This document shows positions 59,254-64,000 of a stretch of 64,000 nt of DNA, piece after piece. Under the pieces are notes generated by a model. That model was not told the DNA's origin. It saw only the letters and a list, made by a program, of their open reading frames with translations, and did not search any database. Source of the DNA: Malacoraja senta (Eukaryota); NCBI GenBank assembly GCA_038087875.1, contig CM075989.1, positions 6,822,001 through 6,886,000 of the forward strand, in the 5' to 3' direction. A program made the translations under genes and the position numbers. Each line of letters opens with the position of its first letter. The first letter of the stretch is position 1.

Positions 59254-60154
59254 GAATTTAACACAGACATCCACCACAGCTTTCTTCACTGAGGTGGAAG
59301 GCAACAAAGTTCCATTGTGTGATGTTTGGTGGACTGTGAGGGGTGGGAGGACCCGTTGCTCCTCCTGTGCAGCGACACCTGTTGCACGGGAGGAGCAACG
59401 GGTTGTCCCACCCCACACAGTCAAATATCAAGCATTGTCTCCTCTAATATGACAACCAGAACTGTTCACAATACTTCAAAAGTGGACCAACCAATGTTTG
59501 GTACAACTGCAGCACGACGTCCTAACTCAGTGCCTCAGACTATGGAGGCAAGCCTAAGAAATACCTTCTTCACTATTTTCTCCAACAGTGTACCAGTTTT
59601 CTGCAAGCTCTGGACTTGCTCTTCAAGGTTCAGTCCAGTTCAGTTCAGTTTGGCTTATTGTCACGTGAAAAGCTTTTGTCGCATGCTATCAAGTCAGCAG
59701 AAAGACAATACATGGTTACAATCGAGCCATTTGCAGTGTACAGATACATGGTCCTTCTGTACATTTACACTCCTAACGGTCCCTGGCATTGACCTAGCAG
59801 AACTTAACTTCTGCGTTACATACGCTTAAGATTTTTAGGTCTTCACTTGTTAAATCTGAAGTACACGTGAATCGTTTGAGGGATGAGCGGTGTATTTCAA
59901 GGAGGGAGATGGTTCACAGACAGTAACCCAGGGTTTGCATGTATGGAATTTTTCAACGTTCCCATTAGTTTCATGGAGAACTGACGATGAACTCCAGTGG
60001 TTTCACCCACCAGAACCACTGCACCTTGATGTTTTGCGACATTATAAAGTTCCCTTTTCTACACTTAGCATAGAGCAGCTAAACTAGGATGACTTTATGG
60101 AACCAAAGGAAGGAAGAGATCTAGTAAAAGATAGCTGACTTGGTGCTTTAAGTT

Positions 60155-60437
60155 ACAGTGGTGCAGCTGGTAGAGCTGCTGCCTCGCAGTGCCAGAGACC
60201 CAGGTTCGATCCTGACCTTGGGTGCTGTCTGTGTGCAGTTGGCTTGTTTCCCCTTGGACTGCATGGGTTTCCTCCGGGTGCTCTGGTTTCCTCCTTCATC
60301 CCAAAGATGTGTGGGGTTGGTGGTTAATTGCCCCTTTTGTGTGGGGGAAAGTGGAATGAGATGGAACTGGTGTGAACGTTCAATCAATGGTGGGCATGGA
60401 CTCGGTGGGCCAAAGGGCCCATTTCCATGCTGTATCA
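60155..60437 (+). mobile_element. HE1-like SINE
   Basis: A and B boxes, core and tail. Confidence 0.8.
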
Positions 60438-60440
60438 CTG

Positions 60441-60950
60441 CAGAGCTGCCAACTCTCACGCATTGAGCGTGAGACTCACGCATTTCGCCCAACTCTCACG
60501 CTCTCACGCTGATCAGAGAATTTCTCACGCTCTGTCGTGAGAAATTCTGTGATCAACGAGAATTTCAAAACAAATATCAGCTGCATGGGCCGCGGGTGTT
60601 GAAGAGCCGGGGCGGAGGGAGGGATGGAAGCAGAAGCAGCGTCGGGGGCAGATGCGGACAGGGAGCCGGGGCTGGCGAGTGTTTACCGGGCTGGCGAGTC
60701 ACTCTCTGCAGCTATGGCCATGGAACAGCCTCATTGCAAGAGTCCCAGGCCGTGGAAGGCGCCGGAAGTGTTGCGCCGTTGCTGTGAAAGTCTCTGTGCC
60801 AAATTCGCCCTGGTGACCGGCATGGACCAGGCTGTGGCTCGGTGCAAACTGGAGGACAACCAGTGTCTGCTGGAAGTAGGTACCAAGCACTGGGTAGAAG
60901 CGGTGGAAGATAGTGGCCTTCAAATGGGGGTGGTTGGAGAATGCATCCTG
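60441..60950 (+). mobile_element. Putative hAT-like transposon left end
   Basis: CAGAGCTGCCAACT terminus followed by repeated CTCACGC subterminal motifs; partner TIR not found in the window. Confidence 0.45.
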
Positions 60951-60954
60951 CTTG

Positions 60955-62997
60955 CCTGCTAGATTTTCACTAACTGTAACTACAGGAAAAAATGTTCCTG
61001 ATGTTGGGGGAGTTCAGAACCAGGGGTCACACAGTTTAAGAATATGGGACTATAAAGCACATAGAATACAAAAAACCCATCTGAATAAACCTAAAGTATT
61101 GGGGGGTCTAGCACTACCTAATTTTATGTATTATTATTGGTCAGTAAATATTAAAAACATGATTCAACTGATGGATAACTCCGCCCAGCAAGTAGACTGG
61201 ATTGTAATGGAGAAAGAGGATTGCTCCTCTAGAAACATTGGAGCGATCCTCCTCTCTCCAATGAAATTGAATAACATAAACTATAATAAGAACCCAATTA
61301 TTCATAGTACAATCCGTATTTGGAAACAAATAAAACAAAATTTAAAATTAAGAAACTTATCACTTTTATTACCTATAGTCAATAACCCTTCGTTTAGTCC
61401 TTCTATTATAGATAAAGCTTATACACAATGGGATAGACTAGGAATTAAAACGCTTGGTGACTTGTATGAAACTGGAAAATTACTTTCATTTCAACAATTA
61501 CAAATAAAATATAAACTCGGAAATAATCAATATTTTAAATACTTTCAAATATGCGACTATTTGAAAAAAATATACAAAAGATCATTATAATAACCCAGCA
61601 GACGTACTGGACGAGGCAATGCAGATAAAAGCGGAATCAGCAAACTTAATATCATATTTGTATAATATTATCTTAAATGCACAAATACCATCTACGGAGG
61701 GTATCAGAAGAGACTGGGAACAAGAGTTAGCTATTAAAATTTCAAAGGAAAGTTGGAATGAATACTTATTAAAAGTGCATAAATGCTCGATTAATGTAAG
61801 ACACACTTTAATACAATTTAAAATTTTACATAGATTATATTATTCGAAAACTAAAATTCATAAAATTTTCCCAAACGTATCATCTATTTGTGATAAATGT
61901 CAATCCCAAGAAGCAACTATAGCACACTCATTTGTCTTCTGTACAAAAATTCAAAAATTTTGGAATGAAATTTTTGAAATCTTTACAAAGTTATTTAAAA
62001 CAAGACTGATACCCAAAGCAGAATGGATTATCTTCGGAATAACGGAAGATGATCCAGAACTAAATGTGTTTCAAAAGAAATTAATGGACTATGGGTTAAT
62101 AACTGGAAAAAAGCTAATTCTAAAATTTTGGAAGAAGGCTCCAATACCAACTATAAATATGTGGATTTCAAATATGTTTGAAACATTACACCTTGAAGAG
62201 ATAAGACTCCTCCTAGCAGGTAAACCAGATCACTTCCACCTGACGTGGTCTGCATTTATAGAATTATTACAAACATAGGGTGCAAAAGTACTTTAAAAAA
62301 AATAAAAATTTGAGGTCAGGTAAGGGGGGGGTGATAGTTGAAGAGTTGGTATGTCCTATTTACGTGATGCTCAAAAAAAAAACATTTGTTTCTCTTTTTT
62401 TCTCTTTCTCTTTTCTTTTCTTAGGGCCTATTTCTTAACTCTTTTTCTTTTTGTTTTTAATTTCGCTCTTATAGGGTCTTCGTCCTTTTTTGTTGTTACA
62501 TTTTCTACACTTTTCTACACTTGCACTTTTTCCTTCACTTTCTTCTCTCTTTCAATCTTTTCTTTTTCTAGTGTAAAAAAATAAATAAAGGGAGTACATT
62601 AATTGTAAGAAGATATAAATGACGAGTATTAATGTATGTGGTTGTAATGTAATGTACTTCTAATAAATAAAAATAAAAAATAAAAAAATAAAAAAAAATA
62701 AAAAAAAAAAGAATAAGGGGTAGGCCATTTAGTACTGAGATGAGGATAAACTTTCTTCACCCAGAGAGTTGTGAATCTGTGGAATTATCTGCCACAGAAG
62801 GCAGTGAAGGCCAATTCACTGGATGTTTTCAAGAGAGAGTTACATTTAGCTCTTGGGGCTAGCAAAATGAAGGGATATGGGGAAAAAACAGGAAAGAGGT
62901 ACTGATTTTAGATGAACACCCATGATCATATTGAATGGCAGTGCTGTCCAGAAGGGCCGAATGGCCTATTCCTGCACCTATTTTCTATGTTTCTATG
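60955..62997 (+). mobile_element. CR1 3' fragment (60955-61044 plus 62716-62997) split by an L1
   Basis: cacagtttaagaata|aggggtaggcc rejoins and matches the other CR1 copies; (TTTCTATG)n tail. Confidence 0.88.
61045..62708 (+). mobile_element. 5'-truncated L1-clade LINE: ORF2 C-terminus 61045-62278 with one frameshift, 3' UTR and poly(A)
   Basis: GGLALPNFMYYYW; QFKILHRLY; CDKC-x8-H-x4-C; AATAAA and A-rich tail; TSD AAGAATA (61038-61044, 62709-62715). Confidence 0.93.
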
Positions 62998-63084
62998 CTT
63001 GAGTATATGGCAATAAAACTCGACCACTTGATGTTGAAGCATTCATGCATGGTGGAGGTATAATGTAGTCATAGATTGATAAAG

Positions 63085-63295
63085 TGTGTAAACAGGCCCT
63101 TCGGCCCAACTTGGCCACACCCACCAACATGTCCCAGCTACACTACCTGGGAGGGTCCATATCCCTCCAAACCTGTCCTATCCATGTATCAGTCTAACTG
63201 TTTCTTAAATGTTGGGATAGTCCCTGCCTCAACTACCTCCTCTGGCAGCTTGTTCCATACACCCACCACCCTTTGTGTGGATAACATTACCCCTT
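63085..63295 (-). mobile_element. CR1 3' fragment
   Basis: Reverse complement resembles 49690-49890. Confidence 0.8.
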
Positions 63296-63396
63296 AAAAA
63301 GTTACCTTAAAAATATTTCAAACAAAAAACATTGAAATCATACTTCCACAATGCACTGAAACATGATTTTATTACATCAAATTTCAAAAAGTCCCT

Positions 63397-63460
63397 ACCC
63401 TCCTCCCACACCGTCCTCCCACACCCTCCTCCCACACCCTCCTCCCACACCCTCCCCCAC
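63397..63460. repeat. 13-bp minisatellite (CCCTCCTCCCACA), about 5 copies, inside a probable hAT-like end terminating at 63552
   Basis: Direct tandem units; the nearby minus strand starts CAGGGGCCGCGGAGCG. Confidence 0.7.
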
Positions 63461-64000
63461 TCAGTCGCTCCACTCCCTCGCCAGGTACCCCAAGGCCAGT
63501 GATCAGTGATCGCTCAGCCCCCCCACTTTAAAAAAACGCTCCGCGGCCCCTGGTTCAGACGGAGATGTGAATTTCGAATTCAGATGTATGCGGGGGACTG
63601 AAGCCCGTTGTCCGTAATGTCTGGATCCCAATGCTCAGCGCTTCGTGTTTCGGAGTTGGCTAATGTTATTGATTTGTAATTAGCCTGATTTGTAATTAGT
63701 TGACAAAACCTTAATTTATTAATCTGGAATATCCAGGGGGATGGGATAAGTGTAATATTAAAATGACATGCAAGGTGTCAGGCTGTCTGTCACAACATAC
63801 AGCCCCGATAACCCATTATTTCCTTCAGTTAAATATTGGGAAGGTAGCACTATTGTCATTTGCCACTCAACTATTATGTTTGTTTACCTCACTGACTATT
63901 TCTAAACCCCCTCCCCCCAAATTCCTTTGACAGGTTGAATAAAAATGTCCCCGATCTAATTGTTTTATTAAATGAACACGTAGATGAACATCCTCAAGTA

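Noticed and set aside
60441..63552. Pairing the two hAT-like ends as one element
   Set aside because: CAGAGCTGCCAACT and CAGGGGCCGCGGAG are not matching TIRs and no 8-bp TSD is evident.

Overview
This is a repeat-saturated vertebrate window. HE1-type tRNA SINEs, CR1 LINEs and abundant short Penelope-type termini point to a cartilaginous fish, probably a skate or ray (inference). It has one 200-N assembly gap and no host gene I can confidently identify. The clearest elements are: (1) an intact, very young Ty3/Gypsy LTR retrotransposon (22549-27284) with identical 210-bp LTRs, a 5-bp TSD and one 1372-aa ORF; (2) a structurally complete but decayed DIRS1-type tyrosine-recombinase retrotransposon with a methyltransferase domain (37921-43479); (3) a Penelope element with inverted pseudo-LTRs, plus many hammerhead-like short copies; (4) an endogenous retrovirus pol relic split by a CR1; (5) a 5'-truncated L1, L2/CR1/Rex1 fragments, Harbinger MITEs, a Helitron-like end and an unclassified TIR element with a 7-bp TSD. 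The most unusual signal is a family of ~0.75-0.9 kb non-coding, GC-rich retroposons. They share a 5' motif and a covarying 3' RNA hairpin but carry different LINE-type tails (L2-like or Rex1/Babar-like). Family names come from motif recognition only; no database search was run.
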